From: Flavobacteriales bacterium
GTDB lineage: Bacteria > Bacteroidota > Bacteroidia > CAIKAF01
Length of the DNA stretch: 62,295 nt
Reading direction: 5' to 3'
Assembly: GCA_044345355.1 (NCBI GenBank)
Contig: JBIJBG010000001.1
Span: 1 to 62,295 of the forward strand
Positions within the stretch are counted from its first letter, which is position 1. Each line of letters starts with the position of its first letter. A program made the position numbers and the translations under genes. The notes beneath the pieces were generated by a model, which saw only the letters and a list, made by a program, of their open reading frames with translations, had not been told where the DNA came from and ran no database searches. Below are positions 9,541 to 18,952 of the stretch, piece by piece.

Positions 9541-10272
9541 ATGGAAAAAGTATTGATTCTGGGTGCTTTATCAGACATGGCCGAAGCCATTGCCTACGCG
9601 TATGCGGAAAGAGGTGCCGATGTAATTTTAGCCGCAAGAAACTCCTCCCGTCTGGATCGGGTGGCGGCAGATCTGGAAATCCGCTTCGGAAAACGACCTG
9701 CAATCCTTGAGTTTGACGCCGAAAAGCCGGATACCCACCCGGCATTTTATAACACCCTTCCTTTCCGTCCGGATATAGTGGTGTGCGCTTTCGGATATCT
9801 GGGCGAACAAAAGGAGGCATTCCATCATTTTGCCGAAGCCAACCGCATCATCATGGCCAACTACACGGGGGCAATAAGTATATTGAATCTGGCTGCCGCC
9901 GATATGGAAAAAAGAAAAGAGGGATTAATAATCGGTATCAGTTCAGTGGCAGGCGAAAGAGGGCGGCAAAGCAATTTTATATACGGCAGTGCCAAAGCCG
10001 GGTTTTCAACCTATCTGGCCGGTTTGCGCAATTCCCTTTTTCATCACGGCGTGCACGTGCTGACGGTGAAACCTGGGTTTGCCCGCACCAAAATGACGGA
10101 AGGATTGGTGCTTAATCCGTTACTTACCGCCACCTCGAAACAAATTGCCCGGGATGTGCTGAAAGCCGCCGAAAGAAAGAAAAATGTAGTGTACACCCTG
10201 TGGATGTGGCGTTATATTATGTGTATCATCCGTTCGATTCCAGAATCCGTTTTCAAAAAACTACGCATGTGA
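9541..10272 (+). CDS. Short-chain dehydrogenase/reductase (SDR) family oxidoreductase
   Basis: Starts MEKVLILGALSDMAEAIA (glycine-rich NAD(P) site) and carries the YGSAKAG catalytic Y-x3-K motif. I prefer ATG 9541 to the longer track start 9505. Confidence 0.85.
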   Translation: MEKVLILGALSDMAEAIAYAYAERGADVILAARNSSRLDRVAADLEIRFGKRPAILEFDAEKPDTHPAFYNTLPFRPDIVVCAFGYLGEQKEAFHHFAEANRIIMANYTGAISILNLAAADMEKRKEGLIIGISSVAGERGRQSNFIYGSAKAGFSTYLAGLRNSLFHHGVHVLTVKPGFARTKMTEGLVLNPLLTATSKQIARDVLKAAERKKNVVYTLWMWRYIMCIIRSIPESVFKKLRM

Positions 10273-10883
10273 ACGCTCCCGAACGTTGTGTTGCCTTTTT
10301 TGATTTTGACGGAACGGTTACGTATTCCGACACCATGTTCGCCTTTTTCAGGCATGCCGTAGGGGCATTCCGTTATGTGTTTTTCTTTCTGTTTCTGAGT
10401 CCGATTTTTATCCTGTATAAACTGAAAATACTGCCCGGACAAAAAGCCAAGGAACTTTCCCTTTTTTTTCTTTTCAGGGGGATGAAAAAAGATGTCTTGG
10501 AAAATTTGGGCAGGCATTTTTGCCGGGAGAAAATGAACAGACTGATCCGCCCACGGGCGATGGAAAAAATCAACTGGCATAAAAATATGGGGCACGAGGT
10601 ATTCATCGTATCTGCTTCAGCGGGCGAATGGCTGGAGCCCTGGTGCAAAGAAAATGAACTTTCGGTCCTTTGCACCCGTTTGCTGTATGATAAATCCGGA
10701 GCATTTACGGGAAAAATAGACGGAAAAAACAACAACGGGCCGGAAAAAGAACGACGCATCCGGGAGGCGGTGAACCTTTCACTATTTCATAAAATTTATG
10801 CCTACGGAGATACTTCGGGAGACAGGGAAATGCTTGCCTTGGCAAATATTGCCGTATTTAAGCCCTTTCGACAGAAAGATTGA
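10269..10883 (+). CDS. HAD-IB family hydrolase/phosphatase
   Basis: Motifs FFDFDGTVT (HAD motif I), IVSAS (motif II) and YGDTSGDREML (motif IV). The likely GTG start at 10269 overlaps the SDR stop (ATGTGA). Confidence 0.72.
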   Translation: MNAPERCVAFFDFDGTVTYSDTMFAFFRHAVGAFRYVFFFLFLSPIFILYKLKILPGQKAKELSLFFLFRGMKKDVLENLGRHFCREKMNRLIRPRAMEKINWHKNMGHEVFIVSASAGEWLEPWCKENELSVLCTRLLYDKSGAFTGKIDGKNNNGPEKERRIREAVNLSLFHKIYAYGDTSGDREMLALANIAVFKPFRQKD

Positions 10884-10924
10884 ATTTAAATCTGTACATT
10901 AGTTTTTCTTTATACTCCCGTGTT

Positions 10925-11119
10925 ATGAAAACCGGCAGGGTTCATTTTTTGGCCTATTTTTATGAATCGACGCCAACGATTCAGGAAGCCATGACATTTT
11001 ATCTTCGGGGAAATTTCAGCCCATTTTTTATTCCCTATTTATACGGCTTTCTCTGTATTTTTTGGGGGTGTATAATGGAGGCCAATCATAACAGACGGAT
11101 AATCGGCAAAGAAAGATGA
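10925..11119 (+). CDS. Small hypothetical membrane-like protein (doubtful)
   Basis: 64 codons from ATG 10925. Its stop overlaps the next start (ATGA at 11116-11119). No recognisable motif. Confidence 0.25.
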   Translation: MKTGRVHFLAYFYESTPTIQEAMTFYLRGNFSPFFIPYLYGFLCIFWGCIMEANHNRRIIGKER

Positions 11120-11493
11120 TTTTACTGGCCGTCTTTCATTCCATTACGGAAGCACTATTGGCTTGTGCCTATTTGCGCAGCAGGGGCCTCTCTCCATTTC
11201 TTGCAGATGAAAATTTGCTGAACATAAACCCTTTTTATGCTGTGGCTCTCGGAGGCATCCGGGTGTTAATCAACCCATATGAAAAAGCAGCGGCAGATCT
11301 TGCCCTGAATGATTTTGTACGCTTTTCCTCTTCGGGAGATGACATTTCTGTCTGTCCCGTCTGCTTTTCTGACAACGTTTTACCCGAACCCTCAGAGCCC
11401 AAAGATTTTTATGTGCTTTTCCGTTGTTTTGATTGTGACCATATATGGGATGACCGTCATTTGAAAAACATAAATCCGGGACATATCGAATAG
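11116..11493 (+). CDS. DUF2007-like (putative signal-transducing) domain protein with C-terminal zinc-ribbon
   Basis: 125-aa ORF. The N-terminus ILLAVFHSITEALLACAYLRSRGL...IRVLI is typical of DUF2007. It also has CPVC...CFDC cysteine pairs. Confidence 0.55.
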   Translation: MILLAVFHSITEALLACAYLRSRGLSPFLADENLLNINPFYAVALGGIRVLINPYEKAAADLALNDFVRFSSSGDDISVCPVCFSDNVLPEPSEPKDFYVLFRCFDCDHIWDDRHLKNINPGHIE

Positions 11494-11522
11494 ATTCCCG
11501 GGTCAAGTAGTATCTTCGTGGC

Positions 11523-12878
11523 ATGTCCTGCCAATATTCGCCCGAAATCGGAGTTGTGGATTTTTTAATTTCCACCACTTTGGTAACCGGATTTCTGGTG
11601 GCTGCATCGCACAAGGCAAAAACAAAAATCCCCCAAAATCCGCATTTTAAATATTATGCACGGGGAATGGCCTATAAGTTTGTTTTCTGTGTTTTATTCC
11701 TTCTGATTTTCATTTATTATTATGCGGGAGGTGATACACTTGACTACCATAAGAGTGCCCTCGCCATGAAAAACCTTTTTTTCTACGCTCCGGAAAAATA
11801 TTTCAAGCTTCTTTTAGGGCCCATTTCCATGGGATCATATCTTAATTATTTCAACTTTGAAACCTGCTACCCGGAAACTCACCTGATTAAAAAGGAAGCC
11901 AATTTCACGGTAGTTCGCGTGGCCTCGCTTTTCCAAATTTTCTTAGGAAACAGCATTTTGGCCACCAACATCCTGTTTGCCCGTATCGCCTACACCCCGC
12001 TTTTTAAACTCTACGAACTTTTCGCCCGTTATTTCCCGGGAAACCAAAAATCCATGGCCTATGCCGTCTTATTTATGCCATCCGTTGCCATCTGGGGCTC
12101 GGGAATCATGAAGGATACCATCAGCATGGCGGCTCTCTGTTGGCTTATCGTACTGTTTGACCAGGTCGCCATCCAAAAATTGAAAATATCGCTGAGCCGC
12201 TTTGCCGGAATCGTGTTTGCGGTTTTCATGATTTTCATGATAAAATCCTACATTCTAATCGCCCTTGCTCCCGGGCTTATCATTTGGTTTAATTTTCAAC
12301 GTTTGCAAAACCTGAAATCATCCTTTATACGCATTCTTTTGTTCCCGGCCATCCTGCTAGGTTCCCTTACGGCCTTTGTGGGATTTTACCAGGCAAACAG
12401 CGAACTTTTCGGGATTTATGGTGCAGATCAGGTACTTGAGCATGCCGCGCTCGTTCAACAGGACTTAATAAGAGAAGAAGCTTATGGTGGGAATAAGTTT
12501 GATATCGGAGCGTTTGAGCCTACCCTGGCGGGAGTCAGTTCAAAAATTCCGGCAGCCGTAACGGCTGGTTTGTTCCGGCCTTTTATCTGGGAGACGGGAA
12601 GCGGGTTCACCATTTTTTTCTCGGCACTGGAAAATACCTTTATTTTGGGTTTATTCATTCTTGCACTTCTGCGACAACGCATCGTTGGCTTTTTTTCCTT
12701 CACTTTTTCGCACCCGCTGCTTATCCTCGGATTTATATTCTCCTTTTTTCTGGCATTCAGCATAGGCCTTACCACGGCAAACTTCGGTGCTCTGGTGCGT
12801 TACAAAATACCGCTGATGCCCTTTTTTGTGGCCATTCTGTTTTTGAATTATAACCGGGCGGGCAACAAGAAGTCATAA
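11523..12878 (+). CDS. Polytopic membrane protein, EpsG/Wzy-like putative polysaccharide polymerase
   Basis: 451-aa ORF with ~10 or more hydrophobic segments. The YYAGGDTLDYHKS motif resembles EpsG-family polymerases. It is convergent with a GT4 glycosyltransferase. Confidence 0.55.
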   Translation: MSCQYSPEIGVVDFLISTTLVTGFLVAASHKAKTKIPQNPHFKYYARGMAYKFVFCVLFLLIFIYYYAGGDTLDYHKSALAMKNLFFYAPEKYFKLLLGPISMGSYLNYFNFETCYPETHLIKKEANFTVVRVASLFQIFLGNSILATNILFARIAYTPLFKLYELFARYFPGNQKSMAYAVLFMPSVAIWGSGIMKDTISMAALCWLIVLFDQVAIQKLKISLSRFAGIVFAVFMIFMIKSYILIALAPGLIIWFNFQRLQNLKSSFIRILLFPAILLGSLTAFVGFYQANSELFGIYGADQVLEHAALVQQDLIREEAYGGNKFDIGAFEPTLAGVSSKIPAAVTAGLFRPFIWETGSGFTIFFSALENTFILGLFILALLRQRIVGFFSFTFSHPLLILGFIFSFFLAFSIGLTTANFGALVRYKIPLMPFFVAILFLNYNRAGNKKS

Positions 12879-14089
12879 ATGGCGGAATAACGCGCAACCC
12901 CTTCCGAAAGTCCGTAAAAAATTTCTCCTTCACGTCGGATTCGCTCCCTGTCATATGATCCTTCAAAAAAACGGCTGACAGCTTCGAGATAGTCCTTCTC
13001 GGCAAGTCCATCAACAACTACCCCCGAATCGGCGTCCTCTACGATTTTGCGCACATCACCTACTCCGGAATTGCAAATTACGGGAATGCCCATTCCCATA
13101 AGTTCTCCCTGTTTAGTGGGGGAAGATGCCTGTTTGGAAAAAGAGGGTAAAATGAAAAACAAGGATGCATCAAACAGGGAAACGGCCAACGGCATTTCTG
13201 CCCGCGAACAGGAAGTTACACGGATGCTTTCCTTAGCTACTCCGGCGCGGGCAGCCTCTTGAAAAACAATTCCTGGTTCATCACGAGTCAGAAAAAGAAA
13301 TACGGCATCCGGTTTGGTTTTTAAAAAAACAGCAAAAAAATCCATCATCTGCGGAAGCATATACCATGTCCCCAAAGAACCCGAATAACCAAGGACAAAT
13401 GCTTCCTGTGAGATTGCTAACCGGACACGAAACGCCCTTTTATCTTCTTCCAAAATCCGGCGATAATCAAAAAAAGAAAAGTCGGCACAACAGGGAATTA
13501 CGCTCAACTGCCCGGAAAAAGGCCCTCCGGTGAGTTCGCCCCTTCGCATGATGGACTCTCCCGATTGAGTAAGTACCACGGAGTAGTCCGCCGCGGCCAA
13601 AAAGGCCTTTTCCTTCTTTTTAAAATATCGGTAAACGGCACCAAATATCGGGTGTTTCTTGGGCCACAGCCCCGAATCCGCCCTTTCGTCCGGGTAAAAG
13701 CCGCGCATATCAAACAAAAAAGGAATGCCGTATTTCTTTTTAAATTCCATCCCGGCCAAAGCAGTTATATACCCTCGGCAATGAACCAGATTAACCGGCT
13801 CGTTTCGATGAATTCGGCGAATCATTTTCTTCAGCCTCAAAATATCCCACAGGGTAGAAAGTATAGGAGGTTTGCGTGTATATAACAGCGGTATCCAATC
13901 AACATGACGTTTTTGTAAAAGATTGTTTACGGCTTTTTTACCCGCTTGAAACCGTTCTTTTTTCTCAAAGCTCACCAGAGTAAAACGAAAACCCTTTTCT
14001 TCCAAGCCCAAAACATAGGGCAATATCTGACTTGCCCCCAGAGGATCGGTAAGCCCGTCATAGGAAAGGTAAAGAACATGATGCGGCAT
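12848..14089 (-). CDS. Glycosyltransferase family 4 (GT-B fold)
   Basis: N-terminus MPHHVLYLSYDGLTDPLGASQILPY; C-terminal part ...PTKQGELMGMGIPVICNSGVGD (E-x7-E-like region). ATG 14089 lies 4 nt after the upstream gene's stop, so I prefer it to the track start 14137. Confidence 0.85.
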   Translation of the reverse strand: MPHHVLYLSYDGLTDPLGASQILPYVLGLEEKGFRFTLVSFEKKERFQAGKKAVNNLLQKRHVDWIPLLYTRKPPILSTLWDILRLKKMIRRIHRNEPVNLVHCRGYITALAGMEFKKKYGIPFLFDMRGFYPDERADSGLWPKKHPIFGAVYRYFKKKEKAFLAAADYSVVLTQSGESIMRRGELTGGPFSGQLSVIPCCADFSFFDYRRILEEDKRAFRVRLAISQEAFVLGYSGSLGTWYMLPQMMDFFAVFLKTKPDAVFLFLTRDEPGIVFQEAARAGVAKESIRVTSCSRAEMPLAVSLFDASLFFILPSFSKQASSPTKQGELMGMGIPVICNSGVGDVRKIVEDADSGVVVDGLAEKDYLEAVSRFFEGSYDRERIRREGEIFYGLSEGVARYSAIYDFLLPARL

Positions 14090-14093
14090 CTGT

Positions 14094-14999
14094 TTATTTT
14101 CTCCTTTTTCTTCCGCCGAAACCCCAGGTTCGAACAATGTTGAATCCGAGGTGTATGTCGCCTTTCAAAATATTTCCGGTAGTCTGTCGCAAAAATGCGG
14201 ACTCAAACATGGCCTGGGAATTGGTCAACTGAATTTGAAATACATGTCCGCCCGTATTGATATCTATACCGATTGCCGCGCTGTTTCTGTATCCGTTGTT
14301 ACGGCTGTCGCCCACACGATAGTAATACTCGCCCAAAATGGCCACGGAGGGACTTACCCGAAAGCGTGCCCCGATTCCTGGTACAAAAACCAGATTTTTG
14401 TCTTTCGATGATTCCACAAAATTGCGGTGAACCAACGTAGGCATAAGTTGAACTGAAAGCCATTTGGTAAACTTGCGGGCAATCAACAGTTGATAGGTGT
14501 ATGCCATGCGTTGGGCAAAAGGGGTGGTCCGCTGGTCGGGGTAAAGATATTTTCTGCCGTCAAGAGAGGCACTGACAAATGCAGCAATGGAAAGCGGTAT
14601 TTGCCGTTTTCCGGAGGTTTGCTCCAAAAACCGGTATTTCACAAATCCGTCCCAGGATGCTCGATAGGTACTGCGACCGAAGCCTATCTGTAAATTATCC
14701 AAAATAGCATATTCAAACCCAAAACGAACCGATGCCTGATCCAGGCCAAAAAACTGGAAAAACCCTGAATTCACGCGCCCGAAGCGGTGTTCTATTAAAA
14801 AGGCGAATGTTCCTTTGGGGTTTGTTTCAATGGAATGTCCGTTAATCAGTCGTGTGCCGAAAAATGTATCATACACTTTTTCGCGGGTCGGCTTCTTTAC
14901 CGTCACGGAATCCTGCTTACCCAGTTCGTCCAACAATCCCTGGGACCTGCCGGGAAAAAAAAGAACCGTCAGGAGAAAAATAAGCGCTTGTTTTTTCAT
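14094..14999 (-). CDS. Outer-membrane beta-barrel protein (DUF5777-like)
   Basis: 301-aa ORF with a signal peptide and alternating hydrophobic beta-strand pattern. Segments such as FGTRLINGHS...IEHRFG...FGFEYAI match my memory of this family. Confidence 0.6.
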   Translation of the reverse strand: MKKQALIFLLTVLFFPGRSQGLLDELGKQDSVTVKKPTREKVYDTFFGTRLINGHSIETNPKGTFAFLIEHRFGRVNSGFFQFFGLDQASVRFGFEYAILDNLQIGFGRSTYRASWDGFVKYRFLEQTSGKRQIPLSIAAFVSASLDGRKYLYPDQRTTPFAQRMAYTYQLLIARKFTKWLSVQLMPTLVHRNFVESSKDKNLVFVPGIGARFRVSPSVAILGEYYYRVGDSRNNGYRNSAAIGIDINTGGHVFQIQLTNSQAMFESAFLRQTTGNILKGDIHLGFNIVRTWGFGGRKRRK

Positions 15000-15012
15000 G
15001 ACCTGGAATACG

Positions 15013-15567
15013 TTATCGGGTGAATGGATTCAAGGTTGCGTCTACGGTTATGTCTATCTCGGAAGAAATTTTCCTCACATAATCAGAGGGAACTTTCACC
15101 TCATAATCGGCTAAGCGAATCGTAAATTTAGCCTTGGTGGAAAGTGTATTTGCCTTTACCTCAATGACTCCGGCTTCTTTTACATCGCGGGTTACTCCGT
15201 GGATGGTAAGTTTTCCCTGTACGGTTACTTTGTAGGTGCCGTCTTTATTTACATTAAGTGCAGAGGGGTCTACAAAAGATCCTTCGAAGCGGGCCTCCGG
15301 ATGTTTATCGGTGTGGAGATACTGCTTATTGAAATGGTCCTGCATGGCCGCTTTTTCAAATTCAAAACTTTTCATGATTACCTTAAACGCCAAAGAACCC
15401 TTGCCCGCATCTACGATGGCGGTAACTTGCCGATTATGGGCTTCTATGTTTTCCAGTGGTGCCTCCGAAAAAAAGGAAATATGTCCCGTCCGGGTTAAAA
15501 ATTTTTGCTGCGCATCTGCAGAAATACTGAAAAAGAGAAAAAGAATGACTGCGGTGCTTCTTATCAT
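15013..15567 (-). CDS. YceI family (polyisoprenoid-binding) periplasmic protein
   Basis: 184-aa ORF with a signal peptide. Carries GHISFFSEAPLENIEA...FKVIMKSFEF...GKLTIHGVTRDV, typical of the YceI-like lipocalin fold. Confidence 0.8.
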   Translation of the reverse strand: MIRSTAVILFLFFSISADAQQKFLTRTGHISFFSEAPLENIEAHNRQVTAIVDAGKGSLAFKVIMKSFEFEKAAMQDHFNKQYLHTDKHPEARFEGSFVDPSALNVNKDGTYKVTVQGKLTIHGVTRDVKEAGVIEVKANTLSTKAKFTIRLADYEVKVPSDYVRKISSEIDITVDATLNPFTR

Positions 15568-15580
15568 GATCTGGATGATT

Positions 15581-15970
15581 TTAATTATCTAATGCCCCCT
15601 GAATAATCCAGAGTTCAATTTTACGAATATCGCACTCCGATAACTTGGGAGCCGATTTGGGCATGGGCGAAAAGCCGACCAGATGTCGGATAGATCCCAC
15701 CAATAATCCCGTATTATCAACAACCAAAGCCTTTAACGCAGAATATCCCTCAAGATTTATTCCCGCTCCCGCCGTATTTGCCGTAGCCGATGAGTGGCAG
15801 GCATAACAGGCATTTTGAATAATGGGACTGACGGAGGCTGAATACGTGACGGTTACCGTGTCGCATTGAAGATCGGCATAAAACTCCTCTTCGTTTTCAA
15901 ACGTACAACCCGATCCTGCCACAAGGAAAGCAGCAAATAAGGTGGAAAAAAACAGGGCCTGAATTTTCAT
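15581..15970 (-). CDS. Heme-binding (CxxCH) lipoprotein
   Basis: Lipobox LVAGSGC and a single c-type heme motif CYACH. ATG 15970 overlaps the stop of the upstream gene (ATGA). Confidence 0.68.
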   Translation of the reverse strand: MKIQALFFSTLFAAFLVAGSGCTFENEEEFYADLQCDTVTVTYSASVSPIIQNACYACHSSATANTAGAGINLEGYSALKALVVDNTGLLVGSIRHLVGFSPMPKSAPKLSECDIRKIELWIIQGALDN

Positions 15971-16413
15971 TTTTGAAAAGAACATTTATTAAACACAATG
16001 GCCGCGGGCAGGCCAAAATCTGCATCTCCCGGAATTACTCCGTTATAAAGGCCTTTCACCTGAACCCGACTTCCTGAAGAAAGTTTTTCGGCGTCGCCTT
16101 TATATTTGGGCAACATTTGAGCCGTAATGACATACGTTCCGCCCAAATCAAATACGATTGTGACGGTGGTATCGGCAGATTCTTTGGAAGTAACATTTCC
16201 TGAAAACTGAACCACTTTATCCAAAAACTTTTTTTGGGCAGATGAGTCATTTTCCTCAAAAAGTCGTATTACCTCTTCCGCCTCCATTACAAAATCCGGT
16301 TCAGCCTTTTCGATATTTCTGTGTGGTTTATTGTAAACAAAAAACCAAAGAAAAATCAAAACGAAAACAAAGAGCGGAACCAGCGTCAGTAAAAGTATTT
16401 TCTTTCGTTTCAT
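15967..16413 (-). CDS. Membrane-anchored OB-fold (tRNA_anti-like) protein
   Basis: Reads MKRKKILLLTLVPLFVFVLIFLWFFVY, then FLDKVVQFSGNV...VQVKG, the pattern of an OB-fold. The track ORF extends to 16674, but that extension overlaps tsaB. Confidence 0.6.
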   Translation of the reverse strand: MKRKKILLLTLVPLFVFVLIFLWFFVYNKPHRNIEKAEPDFVMEAEEVIRLFEENDSSAQKKFLDKVVQFSGNVTSKESADTTVTIVFDLGGTYVITAQMLPKYKGDAEKLSSGSRVQVKGLYNGVIPGDADFGLPAAIVFNKCSFQK

Positions 16414-16494
16414 CGAATAACCGTCTTGGGTCAAAGCTACAAATATCCGGCCGGATATGGGTAAACCTGAATCTGCAAATGTATCTTTGATTCG

Positions 16495-17175
16495 TTGAAA
16501 AACACATCGTACATACTTTGTCTGGAAACCTCCTCGGCCGTTTGTTCCGTGGCCTTGGGTTGCGGCACGCAACTTTTGGGATATAAAGAATCTGCAGAAA
16601 CCAATATTCATGGTAAGCTGCTTGCCGTTTTCATCCATGAACTTCTCCGCGAATCCGGTATAAAACCGGGGCAACTTTCTGCAGTAGCCGTTAGTGCCGG
16701 GCCCGGATCCTACACGGGGCTTCGGATCGGCATGGCAACTGCCAAAGGTTTGTGTTTTGGGCTAAATATTCCATTAATCGCCATCTCCACCACCGAGAGC
16801 ATGGTACAGGCTTTCCTTGAAAAAGAAAACCCGGAGGCGGGTGACCTTCTTGTACCCATGGTGGATGCCCGGCGGTTGGAAGTGTTTACCCGCTTGTTCG
16901 ATCATGCCGGAAATCCGATTTCTGAGCCGATAAATTACATTTCCGGCCAGGAGGGTCTGCTTCCGGAGGGATTTACCGGAAGGATTCATCTGTTCGGCTC
17001 CGGGGCAGAAAAAATGAAGCCCGGATTTAATGAATGGCGTGTCGCGGTTTACCCGGAATCATACCTGCATGCGCGAAATCTTTTGGAGGCGGCCTGTTTC
17101 CGACTGGAAAGCGGTACGATTGATTCTACCGCATATGCCGTTCCCTTCTACGGAAAAGACTGGCAAAAGTGTTAA
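16495..17175 (+). CDS. tsaB: tRNA threonylcarbamoyladenosine (t6A) biosynthesis protein TsaB
   Basis: ILCLETSSAVCSVAL...AVSAGPGSYTGLRIG motifs of the YeaZ/TsaB family. The start is TTG at 16495. Confidence 0.85.
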   Translation: MKNTSYILCLETSSAVCSVALGCGTQLLGYKESAETNIHGKLLAVFIHELLRESGIKPGQLSAVAVSAGPGSYTGLRIGMATAKGLCFGLNIPLIAISTTESMVQAFLEKENPEAGDLLVPMVDARRLEVFTRLFDHAGNPISEPINYISGQEGLLPEGFTGRIHLFGSGAEKMKPGFNEWRVAVYPESYLHARNLLEAACFRLESGTIDSTAYAVPFYGKDWQKC

Positions 17176-17257
17176 AATATGATCTGTAAAAGCGGTGTAC
17201 ATTCCGTTTAAATCGCATGGAAGTTCCGTAAAAAACAGAAAGCCCGAAAATTAGCCG

Positions 17258-17265
17258 TACCTTTG
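17258..17265 (+). promoter_or_regulatory. -7 promoter box upstream of the DEAD-box helicase gene
   Basis: TACCTTTG is a perfect TAnnTTTG match, 22 nt upstream of ATG 17288. I saw no clear -33 TTTG. Confidence 0.3.
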
Positions 17266-17287
17266 CAGTCATTTTTATAAAACGTTA

Positions 17288-18952
17288 ATGGATTTTACAC
17301 AAGAAGAAGATGTTACTTTTCGTAATTTAGGATTGTCGGAAAACGTACTGGAAGCCGTAGAATTAAAAGGATTTACAAAACCCTCTCCCATACAGGCGGC
17401 ATGCATCCCGATATTGCTGAAGGATGAAAAAGACATCATCGGCCGGGCACAGACCGGCACCGGAAAAACAGCCGCATTCGGCCTGCCTCTGATTGATCTG
17501 CTGGACGAAAACAACCGCAGCCCTCAGGCGCTTATCATCACCCCAACCCGCGAGCTGGCCCTTCAGGTGGCCAACGAAATCAGCTCTTTCAGGGGTAAAA
17601 AACGATTGTTTGTATGTGCCGTATACGGCGGTGCCAACATGCGCGAGCAGCTTCGTGATTTAGAACGGGGTGTGCACATTGTAGTGGGTACACCCGGACG
17701 CATCATGGATCATATAGAACGCGGATCGCTTAATTTATCCGGTATTTCGCATGTCGTGCTTGATGAAGCCGACGAAATGCTCGACATGGGCTTTCGAGAC
17801 GATATTGAATCCATTCTGCGCAGCACGCCGGAAAAAATCCGCATGTTGCTTTTTTCTGCCACCATGCCTTCGGAGATTCGTGAAATCGCCCGAAAATTCA
17901 TGGGAGAATACGAAGAAATAGCGGTACAGAAACAGCAGATTGCCAATGCGTCCATAGAGCAGATTTATTACGATGTATACGAACGCGACAAGCTTGAGGC
18001 ACTTGTGCGGATTATGGAAACCCAACCCGATTTTTACGGCATTATTTTCTGCCAGACTAAATTAGATACCGACAGCGTAGCCAATAAACTGATAGAACGC
18101 GCCTATTCTGCTGAAGCTTTGCACGGCGATATTTCACAACACCAGCGTGAACGTATATTGGCCAAGTTCAAAAAGAAGTCTATCAATATTCTCGTGGCTA
18201 CCGACGTAGCTGCACGCGGAATTGATGTAAACGATCTTACCCACGTCATCAATTATTCACTTCCCCAAGATCCGGATAGTTACGTACACCGGATAGGCAG
18301 AACCGGGCGGGCAGGAAAAACGGGAGTGGCCATTTCTCTGGTATCTCCTCCCGATTTTCGAAAATTATCGGTAATCAAGCGCGTGGCCAAATCAGACATT
18401 AAAAAGGCGGCCCTTCCGGGAATTCAGGAAGTCATCAATTCCAAACTGGAGCATACTAAAAATGAAATTCTGGCCATCGTGCAACATGCCAATTTAGACA
18501 AATATCTGCCTATGGCTGAGGATTTATTGGCACTTTCAGCTCCCGAAGAGGTGGTAGCCGGGCTGTTAAAGAAATTATTAGCCGGTACCATTGACGAAAG
18601 CAACTTCGGGCAAATCTCGGAGGTAACTTCCGGAGGTGACCGACGAGGCGGCAGAGAGTTCGGACGACAAGAAAGAGGCAACGACCGCTTCCGTAGAAGT
18701 TTCTCGGGAAATGCAAACGGCGGCGAAAGGCTTTTCATCGCTCTGGGAAAATTAGATAATATGACGCCAAGAACTTTGGTGGAATACATCCGCGACAAAA
18801 GCGGAGTCCCGGGTCGTTTTATCAACGATGTAAAAGTAATGGAGAAATTTTCGTTCGTGTCGGTTTCGGACAGAGATGCCGACCGCATCCTGAATGCGCT
18901 GAACAAAGATGCAAAAGGAAAGCGGGTGGTGGCAGAACGCTCCCAACGTTAA
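17288..18952 (+). CDS. DEAD-box ATP-dependent RNA helicase with C-terminal DbpA-type RNA-binding domain
   Basis: Q-motif region FTKPSPIQ, then AQTGTGKT, VLDEADEM, SAT and HRIGRTGRAG. An RGG-like linker leads to a C-terminal domain LFIALGKLDNMTPRTLV. Confidence 0.9.
   Translation: MDFTQEEDVTFRNLGLSENVLEAVELKGFTKPSPIQAACIPILLKDEKDIIGRAQTGTGKTAAFGLPLIDLLDENNRSPQALIITPTRELALQVANEISSFRGKKRLFVCAVYGGANMREQLRDLERGVHIVVGTPGRIMDHIERGSLNLSGISHVVLDEADEMLDMGFRDDIESILRSTPEKIRMLLFSATMPSEIREIARKFMGEYEEIAVQKQQIANASIEQIYYDVYERDKLEALVRIMETQPDFYGIIFCQTKLDTDSVANKLIERAYSAEALHGDISQHQRERILAKFKKKSINILVATDVAARGIDVNDLTHVINYSLPQDPDSYVHRIGRTGRAGKTGVAISLVSPPDFRKLSVIKRVAKSDIKKAALPGIQEVINSKLEHTKNEILAIVQHANLDKYLPMAEDLLALSAPEEVVAGLLKKLLAGTIDESNFGQISEVTSGGDRRGGREFGRQERGNDRFRRSFSGNANGGERLFIALGKLDNMTPRTLVEYIRDKSGVPGRFINDVKVMEKFSFVSVSDRDADRILNALNKDAKGKRVVAERSQR

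Noticed and set aside
16414-16674. N-terminal extension of the OB-fold ORF (track ORF 15967-16674)
   Set aside because: It overlaps the tsaB start region and has no signal or conserved sequence. MKRKKILLL at 16413 gives a normal membrane anchor.
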